DNA of 64,000 nucleotides from Octopus bimaculoides. Its lineage: Eukaryota. Shown piece by piece: positions 24,922-37,358 of the stretch (the first letter of the stretch is position 1; each line of letters starts with the position of its first letter). The DNA is taken from contig NC_068997.1 in NCBI RefSeq assembly GCF_001194135.2, positions 54,106,159-54,170,158 on the forward strand, in the 5' to 3' direction. The notes beneath the pieces are model-generated. The model searched no databases. It had not been told where the DNA came from and saw only the letters and a list, made by a program, of their open reading frames with translations. The position numbers were made by a program, and so were the translations under genes.

Positions 24922-26115
24922 GTGAGCTGTTTTGAGAATCATGACGATGTTTTATGAATATAATTATAAAATGCCACGTTTTGCCAGAAGGTTGAAGCAA
25001 AAAGCAACAATAGATGTTTATGGCTAATCTTTTTTACAATTTATTTTCTACGTTTCTCACCTTTTCAGTTTTATTATCAATCACTAACATTGAAGATATT
25101 AGTTGTGAAGTGTATTCAACACTTCTTTATCTTCTTCTTTTAATTCACAGTCGTCTTACGCTCTTCAATTATGAAGAGAATATTTGTTGTGAAAGCTTTA
25201 AACCTAAAGAGACGATTTACAAGTTAACTTTATCACACATAAAAATTCTGCTGCTATAGAATTCAATTGGATTAATTTCCAATGTNNNNNNNNNNNNNNN
25301 NNNNNNNNNNNNNNNNNNNNNNNNNNNNNNNNNNNNNNNNNNNNNNNNNNNNNNNNNNNNNNNNNNNNNNNNNNNNNNNNNNNNNNNNNNNNNNNNNNNN
25401 NNNNNNNNNNNNNNNNNNNNNNNNNNNNNNNNNNNNNNNNNNNNNNNNNNNNNNNNNNNNNNNNNNNNNNNNNNNNNNNNNNNNNNNNNNNNNNNNNNNN
25501 NNNNNNNNNNNNNNNNNNNNNNNNNNNNNNNNNNNNNNNNNNNNNNNNNNNNNNNNNNNNNNNNNNNNNNNNNNNNNNNNNNNNNNNNNNNNNNNNNNNN
25601 NNNNNNNNNNNNNNNNNNNNNNNNNNNNNNNNNNNNNNNNNNNNNNNNNNNNNNNNNNNNNNNNNNNNNNNNNNNNNNNNNNNNNNNNNNNNNNNNNNNN
25701 NNNNNNNNNNNNNNNNNNNNNNNNNNNNNNNNNNNNNNNNNNNNNNNNNNNNNNNNNNNNNNNNNNNNNNNNNNNNNNNNNNNNNNNNNNNNNNNNNNNN
25801 NNNNNNNNNNNNNNNNNNNNNNNNNNNNNNNNNNNNNNNNNNNNNNNNNNNNNNNNNNNNNNNNNNNNNNNNNNNNNNNNNNNNNNNNNNNNNNNNNNNN
25901 NNNNNNNNNNNNNNNNNNNNNNNNNNNNNNNNNNNNNNNNNNNNNNNNNCACACACACACGAGTAAGTGGGCATACGAAAGAAAAAGGGACTCAACGCCA
26001 TTCTAAAGGTCTGAAAGACTCCAGCGAAACTTGAAGTGGCACGGAACTCATTCAAACTGTTTTAAACAATACACGCACACACGCACACCCACATACACAT
26101 ACACACACACACACA

Positions 26116-26332
26116 TATCTTTATGTCCGTATTTGTCCCTCACCACCGCTTGACAATTGGTGATAGCTTGTTTTCGTCCCTGTTACATCAGCGGTTCGGC
26201 AAATGATACCGATAGAAGAAGTACCAAGCTGGACAAACGAACGGTGCTGTTTTCGAATCATTCATGCAGAATCTTTTCAATGCGGTGCTCCAGCATGGCC
26301 GGAGTTTAGGGACTGGGAAAAAGTAAAAGAAA
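26116..26332 (+). mobile_element. SINE-B 3' half
   Basis: tttgtccctcaccaccgcttgacaattgg...cagcggttcggcaaatgataccgatagaa...gcggtgctccagcatggccg...agtaaaaga. Other SINE-B fragments lie at about 9160-9232(-), 21690-21790(+), 30905-31050(+), 48600-48712(-), 50451-50545(+), 52440-52563(-), 56305-56410(-) and 61270-61350(-). Confidence 0.85.
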
Positions 26333-26769
26333 AAAGAAATACAAGATAATGTTAAAGAAATGGGCAGAGACAGGTGTACTTTAAGACCAGCATTATATGA
26401 TCCTATTTTTCACTTTTTTAAGAAAATAGGGGACGCTTTTTGGACAGTTATGGCGTTACTTTTTGCCCATCGAGTGACCAGGTAATGGCACCTCTTTTCT
26501 CTCTTTCGACAGGTATCGCGCTGACTGCGAAGTTTGAAGGGTGTAGATTATCTTGGGAAATACAAAAAAAAAAAAAATGGGAGATGAGATGAAGATAAAT
26601 GCTATCAAGCCTTTACTTCAGTGTTTTCGTAAGGAATATTGGAAGTCTCTACAATCTCTACAGATATTTCGATTCTTACACACAGAAGAGAACACTACAG
26701 AGGAACTCTTAACGGAACCGTTGCATTATGAGAATATCCAAACACGATATAAACAACACATACATCAAC

Positions 26770-26825
<56 letters not shown>

Positions 26826-27079
26826 CTGGTGTTGAGGGTGGTGGTGGTGGGGATAGATTTTGTTGTATTCATAACTTTATGAATGTTAAAATGTATGGAT
26901 GCTTTCAGTGATCCAAAGAAACAATAATTGTTATTGATCCATGCACCGCACACACACACTATAACAATCGCGCCGCACACAGACGCACATATACATACAC
27001 ACGTACATTCAAAATTGCATATATATTCGTGTGTGTCTGTGTGTTATGTATGTATAAATGTTTACATCTATACATGCCC

Positions 27080-27110
<31 letters not shown>

Positions 27111-27810
27111 NNNNNNNNNNNNNNNNNNNNNNNNNNNNNNNNNNNNNNNNNNNNNNNNNNNNNNNNNNNNNNNNNNNNNNNNNNNNNNNNNNNNNNNNNN
27201 NNNNNNNNNNNNNNNNNNNNNNNNNNNNNNNNNNNNNNNNNNNNNNNNNNNNNNNNNNNNNNNNNNNNNNNNNNNNNNNNNNNNNNNNNNNNNNNNNNNN
27301 NNNNNNNNNNNNNNNNNNNNNNNNNNNNNNNNNNNNNNNNNNNNNNNNNNNNNNNNNNNNNNNNNNNNNNNNNNNNNNNNNNNNNNNNNNNNNNNNNNNN
27401 NNNNNNNNNNNNNNNNNNNNNNNNNNNNNNNNNNNNNNNNNNNNNNNNNNNNNNNNNNNNNNNNNNNNNNNNNNNNNNNNNNNNNNNNNNNNNNNNNNNN
27501 NNNNNNNNNNNNNNNNNNNNNNNNNNNNNNNNNNNNNNNNNNNNNNNNATATATATATATATATATATACATATGCACACATTTATAGGAATATAATGTA
27601 CTTCTGTATACAATGTATATACACGTATATATTTGTGTATATGCATATCATACGATGTGGACCCAGATTCACACTCACACACACACACACATATATGCAT
27701 ATGATCGTGCATAACCACGCTGATGCACAAACGCACCGAGCCTCTGCATTTTACCAGTTAACAGCAACAACAATAATACCAGCAACAACAACAACCACAA
27801 CAACAATACC

Positions 27811-27849
<39 letters not shown>

Positions 27850-28669
27850 AACGACAACAACTATTTGTTATGATTACTTTGAGTAAAACTTGTCGTGTTA
27901 TTTACTAAGATAAGCAATCTCGTATCTCCGATGTGCAGCTGCAGCATGTTGCAACATTTATTGCAAGTTATAAAACAGCAGCTCCTACTCCAGCATCTCA
28001 AACAGAATATATTGTACATATATAGCAATCAGTTGCAGCTTCAACATTGCATCGATATAAGCTGCAGTGAGTGCGCAGCGTACATTGTAATATGCAGGCT
28101 CGTTGCATTAACAGATTTTTATAAATACGGAGGATATTTGTAAGTCAATGAGGTTTGATAACGGCATGTATATCTTCTCGTATGTCTTGTCGTCCTGTAT
28201 TAATTATGGTAAATAAAACATTGTAACTGGAAGCAATTGCCGAGATTTGAATCTTTATAGTTATGTCAAATACTGAAGTTAGTTATCTTGCCTTTCATTT
28301 TTAGAGGCAAAGACGTAAGAAAGGAGAGAAAACCCCTAAGTTTACCCTTCTAAAAATATATTCAGTAGATGACACGGTCCAAATATACGCACACACACAC
28401 GCACACTTGTATGTATATTTGTGTGTTTGTGTGTGGATGTGTGGCATACAAATTCTCCACCTTAGCAGGACCGCGTCCATTTCATGATTTTTGCCAGCTG
28501 AGTGGAACACAATGAAATGAAGTCACGGTCGTTGCATTCTGTAGAGCGATTGACCCCAAAACGTTTCACCATCTTATTTAACCTTTTTGAACGAAGAGCA
28601 AGTTCTCTCGTCCTGCATCATGCTTCCAGCAGGATGACATGGAGGTCTTGTGAACAGCTCGAAACATAC

Positions 28670-28734
28670 CTGAAATCCAGTCTGTTACAAATGGAGCACC
28701 AAGCTTGAAAAGTATATCTTCACGATACGGATTA
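28670..28734 (-). CDS. Candidate internal exon (65 nt, phase 2 to 1), NPYREDILFKLGAPFVTDWIS
   Basis: Minus strand has acceptor ggcttcttgcag, donor CAG|gtatgt and only one open frame. It is phase-compatible with 8191-8280. No homology recognised. Confidence 0.28.
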
Positions 28735-29374
28735 CTGCAAGAAGCCTCATACGTAAACACAAAAGGAAACCTTGATTATTCATTTAGGATTGGAAGCAAA
28801 TAATGGTAAAAATTACATGACGACAGAAGATGATGGAAATCAATACAAAGGAGTTCAAATAGTTGGAAGAACTTGATGTAAATCTATGAACCAAGGAGAT
28901 GCTATCGAGGAGGATCCTGCAATGGAGTTGCAAGCAGTGTTATTACAACTAGATGTGTATCGGATATTGCAATCATTTAGTAATAATTCCTTGAGCCATC
29001 GAAGAAAATTATCATGGTTAGATTTTGTGACTGAATATTAATGAGACCACTTGTTGATCAAAGAGTAATTAGGAAAGATAATTAATGAATAATGTAAAAT
29101 AGTTTGAAATGAAATAGTTCTTCATTTTCTAAATCTTTTTATCTCGTCTATTGATGAAAGATTTTCTGTAAATCAAGAACGAAGTCCGGAGGAGAAAGTG
29201 AGGAGGTTTATTAAACAGTAAAAAGGCACCCACAGTTACAGTCAGGAATCAGAATATATAGTGGAACTTTAGATAAGATTGGTAGGATAGATAGATAGAG
29301 CGAGAGGGTGGGGATAGGGAGAGGGAGAGAGAGTGGGAAACAAGGGAGAACGACTATTAAAGTTTTCTCTATAT

Positions 29375-29710
29375 CATAGGTTCTCAAAGTGGGCGCTACT
29401 ATCCCCCGCTGGGCGTTGAGTCGGTCCAGGTGGGCGCTGGTACCCAAGGAGGTGGTGGTGGGGGATGTAGCTAAAAAGGAGGCGTTGGGAGGAAGACGGT
29501 GGATTGTGGGTTGCTATGAATTTGTTATAATATTATTAGAGTATTGTATACAAATTATATAATATTATATTAAATATCAAATAATTCTTAGTATATATAA
29601 ATTAGTAAAATATAAAATATATCTTTATACAGAAAAATAGGGGTGGGGGCACTGAGGGTATTATGTGGCCATGAGGCGGGGCGATGGCCCAAAAAGTTTG
29701 AGAACCTCTG
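29375..29710. mobile_element. Non-autonomous hAT (Charlie-type) element / MITE, complete, 336 bp
   Basis: Left end cataggttctcaaa and right end tttgagaacctctg form a 14-bp TIR with 1 mismatch. The 8-bp flanks ctctatat (29367-29374) and ctctagat (29711-29718) match at 7/8 and fit the NTCTAGAN target preference of Charlie-group hATs. GC-rich subtermini surround an AT-rich non-coding core. Confidence 0.88.
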
Positions 29711-30807
29711 CTCTAGATGAATAGCGTCGTTTTTTATTTTCAGTAGAAAAGTAAATTTTAGCATGAATTGAATTAGTTCTGAGAAATAAGGCAGCCATTT
29801 AAAGGAATAACCGATCAATCCTTGTAGTCTTTGCATTTGAAGATGACGTGGAATCAATGAAGGGTTACAGGCTCTTGGAGTCAGACTGCAGTGTGTTGTC
29901 TTTTAAATTTCCTACCAAAGATAGGAACTTGTTGGTTATTTGATGTTGACGTTTGTCGTTGGTAAATGTAATGTTTAATCTCTTTGAAACTGAGAATAAA
30001 TTTAACCGTATTGCCATCATGTTCCCCGATGGTTTTGTCAACGATAGTAATAACATCGATAAGGCGTGAACTTGTGTCATAACATTATAAGCAATTACAC
30101 TATTAATCAGTCTTTCAAAGTCAGTCCGGGTATTAATAAGCACCAAAGGGTAACTTGGTAAACTCGAATAAGTCTCAGCTTCAAATACAGTGAATCACTT
30201 ACCGCCATTTTTGATGTGCGATCTGTTGGTTTGCTGCATCAGATTTAGTTTACTGTAGAATTTATTGTCGGATATAAAACATCGTAGATGTTCAATACTA
30301 TGAAGTGGATAGGCATCTAGAAAACCGTATCGATTAATCGTTTGTGTGTAATCGATAACAAAGCAGTGTTTGCCATTGTTTCATGTACTCACTATGGAGA
30401 TATGAACTCAATAATATCACCATCAAGAAGTCATTTATAGTCTTCCTTCAGAGATATTTCATATTTCATGAAATACAGAAGAGCGACAAGATTTATTAGC
30501 AATTCGTTTCAATTGTACTGGTGGAGGGAAAATACGAAGTAAGATCAACGACATAAGAACTGGTGGAGCAAATATAAGTTCTTTCAGTGAAGCTCTGAGT
30601 TTTATCATCACAGTTTCAAGTCCTTTAAGAAACGTCATGTCCCAAAATTAACAAGCAGGACAATTTTGGCAAATCATTTAAATGTTGCTTTTCGTAAAAT
30701 GGACCGACAAAAAAAATATTGGAAAAAAACAAAAAGAAAAAGATGTTGAAGAAACAGCCAGTGTAGATTAGTATATCAGGACAAATCGAAAACATTGCTG
30801 ACATGAT

Positions 30808-30877
<70 letters not shown>

Positions 30878-32254
30878 TGCCTGCCAATAATTTCATCCAT
30901 CAAACTGGTGACATGGAATAAGGTAACAAAAGACACCGATAGAGTTAGTACTAGGCTTACAAAAAACAAGTCCTGAGGTGGCCTTTTTGGACTAAAGACG
31001 GTGCCCCAGCATGACCGCGGTCAAATAACTGCAACAAATAAAAGAATAAATGAATAAAAGAATATGCATGTATATATGTATGTATGTATGCATGCATGCA
31101 TGCATGCGTGTGTCTGTGTGCATACATATGTAAACTTTAGTTCATCACAGTTTGATAACACAGTAGGTGTCAAACAAGGTGCATGCAATATGGCGGAAGA
31201 CTAAAAGTTAAATGAAATCAGTAAACGATTTTTTTTTCAAATGAATTGACAAGAAAATTTAGGAATATAGTTTACTAGTTTCCTGAAATCTAATGAAATG
31301 TTAACATTACCGTACTGTCGATATTTTTTTATTGTTGTATCTCACCGAATAAGCGAGTCTCAGGTTATTTTATGACTGAACTTGTGAAAATAATGGTTTT
31401 TGTACTCGGATTATTCTCACAGTTCAACGTAAATCAGAAGAATTTAAATTAATTTTAAAATTGCAAAACTTCACAATGTGTGAAATAAGAGCCTAAGCAT
31501 TTTTTGGGGGAATAAAGTAGGGAGTTTCCTCACAGTCGATTTTGTGGTTTGTTGAACTCTCCTTGGAGATTTTTTGTGCTTTGAGTTATTAAATTGTTGT
31601 CAACGGGGAAAAAGTTTGAAGAATCAAGTCAAACCATTTTATTTTGCCCAAACGCTCGTCTTCGAGCGATAAGTGTAAGCGTATCCACTTCCAATTGCAA
31701 ATCGTGGGTTTCCGCCTTTCACCAAATTATACAATAAAACACCTTCATCGGAAGTAACAATAATGACTTTATACTAATGACAAGATAAACTGGAAGTGAA
31801 ATCTGGTCAGGTAAATGCAATATAGGAAAGGACTTTTCTTATGTCTGTTCTAAAGCAACAATCCTGTCGTTGCATTTCATTGCTAACTTCCTCCTCCTGT
31901 GTTGGCGAGGAAACGGCAGCTGTTGGAAATCACTTACATTGAAGATAAGTCAATACTTAAGAGAATGGTAATATACTTAATGTAATTGGTAAAAGATAAT
32001 TAAAGAATTAATTACAATTAAGGCTGTAATGAGATGAGGAAAATATAGATTCAATAACTAATTTTAATCGAATGTGATCAGGACAAGGTGTCGACAAAAT
32101 GATAGATCAGTTATTGACAGACGCTTCTTGTCAATGAAAGTTAACTAATTAACTCGATCGACTATACCAGATGAATGCTTTATAGAAAGATATAGTCACA
32201 TGACTGTGAATATATAGACATGTGGATATTGGGGTCATGACTCTCATAGAATTA

Positions 32255-32890
32255 ATGGTGTCATTAGAGCGTGATATTGATTGGAGTTAACGAAACTGCA
32301 CTGGATGGTGAGATCCTTCTACCGAGCGCCTCCAATGAATCGTCAGTTGTTCTGTCTTTACTATATAGATAGTAGTTGTGGTAATTAAGGAAGGAGAGAG
32401 ATTCCGGGTATGGCAGATGAGTGTTCGTAATGGTTATGTCCTGCACTTTTGAAATAAGGGAATTGAGAGTGATAGGGTAGTAGTTGGCAGAGAGCGAGGA
32501 GTTGCACTTGGTAAGAACGCAACAAGATGTAAGGATTTTCTAAACATCAACATACCTTCCTGAAAAGGGAAATCCAACCCAGCGAGAATGCAGGGCATAT
32601 TTTTAAAGCTTAATAGAAGACATAGGGTCTAGGTTGATGGCCTTATTGGTTTGAAGCTGGATGCCAGAACGATGAAGGGGGAAGGTATGATTATTTAGAA
32701 GAGGTTTACCTTGTGTGCAAGACGTTCTCCTGCGGTAGAATCAGCATAAATGAGAAGTTTAGGAGAAGAAGATTGTGCAGAGTTCATAGAGATCTTTATG
32801 ACAAGGGACCTAACGTATTGACTGTAGATAGGAAGGCAATACAGTTTAAGTTTTGAGTGTAGCAGGAAGGAATCATTTCTTTTCAAATGG
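32255..32890 (-). mobile_element. Decayed APE-type LINE ORF2 fragment (pre-RT linker and start of reverse transcriptase; CR1/L2/Jockey-like)
   Basis: One frame reads VLTKCNSSLSANYYPITLNSLISKVQDITITNTHLPYPESLSFLNYHNYYLYSKDRTTDDSL, matching the RT N-terminus pattern PKK....SNYRPI.LTS.ISKV.E.IIN.HL...LE...L...QYGFR..RST.D.L. Upstream pieces NKAINLDP (for KA.GPDG) and HKVNLF (for DKANLF) are in the expected order, with stops, frameshifts and a deletion. Confidence 0.8.
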
Positions 32891-33324
32891 TGTATATGTT
32901 TTTTATTGCGTATTGTATATTCTGTACATCGGAATTATGCGTTAGAAGCTGATAGCGAAATACTGAACCGACTATATAAAGATTTTCTCTTGGAATATCA
33001 AGTAAAATATAATTCATTGGCAGAAAGCAGCCGTTTCCATAAACCAGTTCAGTTCATTATAAACAAATAATCGGCCTTTTTATTCTCCTGATTCTTGTTC
33101 AGTAAAAGAATCATTTTTTCACTGCTGAATTCCTGTTCTTCATCAAGTGATATATTTATCATATTTATATACTGTTGCTCGCCTTCACATGAAGGCATCA
33201 ACCTTATTCCTCCCACATGTGGATAAAGGAACATTGTTTTATCGTGTTTGAGGAAGGTTACACTTAATTCAGTTACAATTGTTTCATTGTTGTAGTAACC
33301 TATTACATGGTGGTTAACTAGTAG

Positions 33325-33480
33325 TGATGGGAGCAGAATGCCTCATGATGCTAGCTCTGTCTCTCTGCCCGTTGGGTTCAAATTCTGGTGATGGCAGCTT
33401 AGCCTTGATGGTTTTCGGGGGTCGTTACGTAATTTGTCACATACTGGGGCTGATACTTCGTCCCGTCTCCTGCTTTGTGT
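33325..33480 (+). mobile_element. SINE-A copy, highly diverged
   Basis: gcagaatg...gggttcaaattctggtgatggcagcttagccttgatggttttcgggggtcg...tactgggg. Confidence 0.55.
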
Positions 33481-33756
33481 TTATTTTAGCTAGGTATTTC
33501 TCTGGAAGAAACGGGTTGTGCGTAGGATTACAATACCCTCGGCACGTCTGAAACGAACCCTTACCACTTTACCAGAAGATGAGGGCTCAAAAATGGAAGC
33601 CAAAACTGGTAAAAAAAATTAAGGTTTCTTATGATTGAAATACTTTATAGATGGTGGATGGAGGATTTATGTTGTGACTATAAAGAGAAGGCCATTGCTT
33701 TGCGATATGTTACTTTTTAATAATTTTCTTCCTCCCTGACACATTTCTGGTAAGAT

Positions 33757-33865
33757 TCTCTTCAAATTTTAGCGCAAAACCAGCAATTTCGGGAGTGGTG
33801 GAAAGTCGATTACACAACCCCAATATTCAACTGGTACTTATTTTATTGACGCCGAAAGGGTCAAT
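33757..33865 (-). mobile_element. SINE-A 3' half
   Basis: ttcaaattttagcgcaaaaccagcaatttcggg...agtcgattacacaaccccaatattcaactggtacttattttattgacgccgaaaggg. Confidence 0.75.
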
Positions 33866-35680
33866 CCACTCGCATCTTAATCTCACAAGCAGGCAGTTCC
33901 GTTGATTGGATCAAATAGAACCCTCATCGTAGTGACCGATGGAGTACCGGTTAAAGGTGTTGGGTGATTATTGGGTAGAGGAAGTGATCCACCGGTTGTG
34001 TTAGGTATTATAATATCGGGCGGTTACTCTCTAGAGTATGTGCTTTGTGTGAGTTATCTTATATGCCGTACTAACAGGCGGTCAATGTGCTCACTATGTG
34101 GCGCTGCATGCGCTGTGTCGCATGTTTTAGTGTCCTGTAGATTATCAACAGTGCTGTGGGTTATTTTATGATATTGTTTGTTCTGCGTGGGGAAAGTGGT
34201 TGGGTCATAGTGGTGGTGCTGTGTGTTGCATTCGTCAGCAAATCATTTCATTTCTCTTTTTTTCCGGTCCCCTTAAATTTCCTCCAATTCAATTAATTTT
34301 GAATGAGTAACCCAGCAACATATTGTCATCCTGTTCAAGGAGGATGTTGTGCTCTCGACCACTTAGTCATAGATCAAAGGAACCGAGTAAGCGGACCTTG
34401 GACACGAGACAATAACTCCTGTATTCTCCATGGCTAACACTTATGATATGAATCAAAAGTGTTGTTGATATAGAAACACTTGATACAATATGAGTGGGAG
34501 ATAGTGTGAGTGCGCACGTGTGTGAAAGTGAGTGAGAGGGAGACAGATAGAGAGAGACAGAGAGTTTGTTAAATTGAGGAGAAATCACTTATATATGTTT
34601 GTGTATTTGTTTGCGTATGTGAACGAGGAATTTCCTCCTCCAAATTGTCTTCATCACATTCATGTTTATATTTTGTCTCTCATCTCTCAGTGCTCATTAA
34701 ACAATGAGAATAAGTACCAGTTATATACTGCGATCGTTTCAGTCCTCTTCGCAACCGACTGACCGATAAACGCATAGCATTAGCCAAAGTAATATATATT
34801 AATATTCTTGTCAGATTATGAAGAATTCGCTGCCAGTGAAAATTGTCAACTGCCTCAACCGACCACCGACAACGATAAATAAATAGATATTTAAATGATA
34901 TTTCAGCAATATTTCTGCCGATCAAGCATTGTTGTGATCTACACTTTAAGAAATGCAACATCTTCTGCTTACACAAATATTTTCTTTCCATATAGATTTC
35001 CTGCTAAAATAACGAAAGTTTCTTTAGATTTATCAATATCTATTCTTCCTCTCCAATTGAGATATTTTCTTTACAATTACGAAGACTATTAGAATCTGTT
35101 TTCTTCATTTGAAATGTGGCAGACGATTCCCAAACACTTCAGTGTCTGCCTATTGACGTACAGTTTTGTGGCTGTGATGAGGTGCATGGAAAAGACTAGG
35201 AAGAAGATGATGTACGACAGACAAAAGGAGAGATGAAGAGACAACAAACGATAAGATATAATGGGAGACAGAGATAAAGTGATATTTAAGTAAAGAACAT
35301 AAAACAAAAGTGTCAAGCTAAGTATTGAAATGGAATGTCTTGTATAGCATATTCCTACAGACCGAATAAGTTAATCGAGTCTCAGAATCAGAACAATAAA
35401 TCAAATCTGTGAATACTATGGCGACTGGCATCTGTAGAATTGGGAAAGAGGCGGTCAAAACGCTGTTTTATTTATAGTAATTTCTTTTTACGTTCGAATC
35501 TAATTGGGATGCACTTTCCCTTCAATTCCTCGAGGGATTTATAAAAGTACAATTATTAACATGAGGTGCTTGGATTCTTTATGTTCTGCGTTCAAATAGT
35601 GCTGAGATCAACCTAGCCTTTCATCCCTCGGAATCGATAAAATAAAATACCAATCAACTGGTTGAATATATCGACTAAGC

Positions 35681-35745
35681 CAGTGCTTCTCAAGATGGGG
35701 GTCAGTATGACACTTGGGGAGCCATAGGACCTTTCCAGATTCATA
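35681..35745 (+). mobile_element. Isolated hAT/Charlie-like terminus
   Basis: Starts cagtgcttctcaagatgggggtc, a CAGTGGTTCTCAA-type TIR. No matching partner end or TSD found. Confidence 0.45.
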
Positions 35746-35836
35746 TAAGACTATTTCGTCACAATTTATGAGCAATAGATTTCTTATATTTTTACAATAC
35801 ACAAAATGTTTTAATTTTTTTAAAAAATATTTCCTA

Positions 35837-36200
35837 GCAGGCGTGGCTGTGTTGTAAGAAGCTTGCTTCCCAACAACATGGGTTCTAGGCTTAATTCCAC
35901 TGCGTGGAACCTTGGGCAAGTGTCTTCGACTATAGTCTCGGGCTGACCAAAGCCTTGTGAGTGGATTTGGTAGACGGAAAATGAAAGAAGCCCATCGTAC
36001 ATATATATATATATATATATATATGTTTTTGTGTGTCTTTGTGTCTGTGCTTGTTCCCCCACCATTTCTTGATAACCGATGTTGGTGTGTTTACGTCCCC
36101 GTAACTTAGTGGTTCGGCAGAAAAGACCGGTAGAATATGTACTAGGCTTAAAAAGAATAAGTCCTAGGGTCGATTTCTTCAACTGAAACCCTTAAAGGCG
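35837..36200 (+). mobile_element. SINE-B copy, well preserved, 3' end truncated
   Basis: gcaggcgtggctgtgttgtaagaagcttgcttccc...ccactgcgtggaaccttgggcaagtgtcttc, where accttgggcaagt is CORE-like, through ...gtcctagggtcgatttcttcaactgaaacccttaaaggcg. Confidence 0.93.
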
Positions 36201-36364
36201 AAACATATATTCTTAAACATGGAATGGTTTTGAGGTTCCAGGAGACTTAAATAAGTATCAATGAGGTCCATAAGCAGATTAGGGTTCAGAAGCCCTGAGC
36301 TAAATCTTTCATGATTGCTGGCCTTGTGCCTCAGTCAGAAATCATTGCAAACTATCGTTTAGTT

Positions 36365-36970
36365 TCTGGTGAACGACGGGATGGTAGGGTCAAGAAAAAC
36401 GTTCCAGTTCTTTACGTTCAGAGTTCAAATCCTACCAAAGACATCATTGCTTTCATCAATGGAATAAAATACCATTGGTTTACTAAAACTTTATTGGCCC
36501 TGTGTCTAAAATTAGAAGCAATTATTTAAATGCAAGAAGGTCACGGATTGGCAGAATCGGTAGAGCGATGGCAAAAATGCTTTGCATCATTTGTTCTCCC
36601 TCTTTATGTTTTGAGATCAAGGCCTGCCCATGTGATGTTTGTCCTCCATCTCTCTGGAACCGATGAAATAAAGTGCCTCTTAACTGCTGAGGCAATGTAA
36701 TTGATGCTTCCCCTCGTTTTCTCAGAAACTGCTGGTATTTTTGCCTCACACTAGAAGCAAATACATAGCTGCAGAAATATGGAGGCCGTCTGGCGGAATC
36801 CATAGCACTCCGGACTGAATGCTTCACAAAAATCTTCTGTGTTCAAATTCTGCAGAGGCCATTAATTTCTTTTGGGGTCAATGAAATAAGCACCATTTGT
36901 GTGATGGAGTCGATGTAATTGACTAGCCCTATTCTTAAAAAATGAAGACCTTTTGTTTACTATAGAAAGG
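36365..36970 (+). mobile_element. Three consecutive diverged SINE-A copies in the same orientation
   Basis: Heads at about 36370, 36538 and 36782, with recognisable ggcagaatcg / gagttcaaat / gtgttcaaattc boxes and tails ending ...tagaag/tagaaagg. Confidence 0.6.
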
Positions 36971-37263
36971 ATTTCACTGCAAATATGACTGACATTCCAG
37001 TATGACCAGCCCGTCATTTTGTCCAATTACCCAATGTACATTTCTTTTATTTTAAGACTATGCAATGCGATTTGAGTGAGTTTGTATGCTGCTCCTAGAG
37101 GGCCCGATAACAATGAAGAAGCCCTCACCCTGTGTATGGCCAGGTAAACCGGAGATAGAAATGATTTTGAGGAGGGAGAAAGTATTTTAAGATTTTAATT
37201 CACAACATTTTGCGCAAAATATTGTCAGTAATGGATTATACACATGAACGATGAACATACAGC

Positions 37264-37295
37264 TACTACTACTACCACTACTACTACCACTACTA

Positions 37296-37357
<62 letters not shown>
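37264..37357. repeat. (CTA)n microsatellite with CCA variants
   Basis: Read directly. Confidence 0.96.

Positions 37358-37358
<1 letters not shown>

Noticed and set aside
26482-26560. Very strong plus-strand acceptor (ctcttttctctctttcgacag, ~26511)
   Set aside because: No good donor follows before stops, and the nearby upstream donor would define an implausible ~31-nt intron.
28670-30252. Splicing of 30203-30252 to 28670-28734 as consecutive coding exons
   Set aside because: The phases are incompatible. The 50-nt exon cannot end in phase 2 without an in-frame TAA, and a phase-0 join gives an immediate stop.
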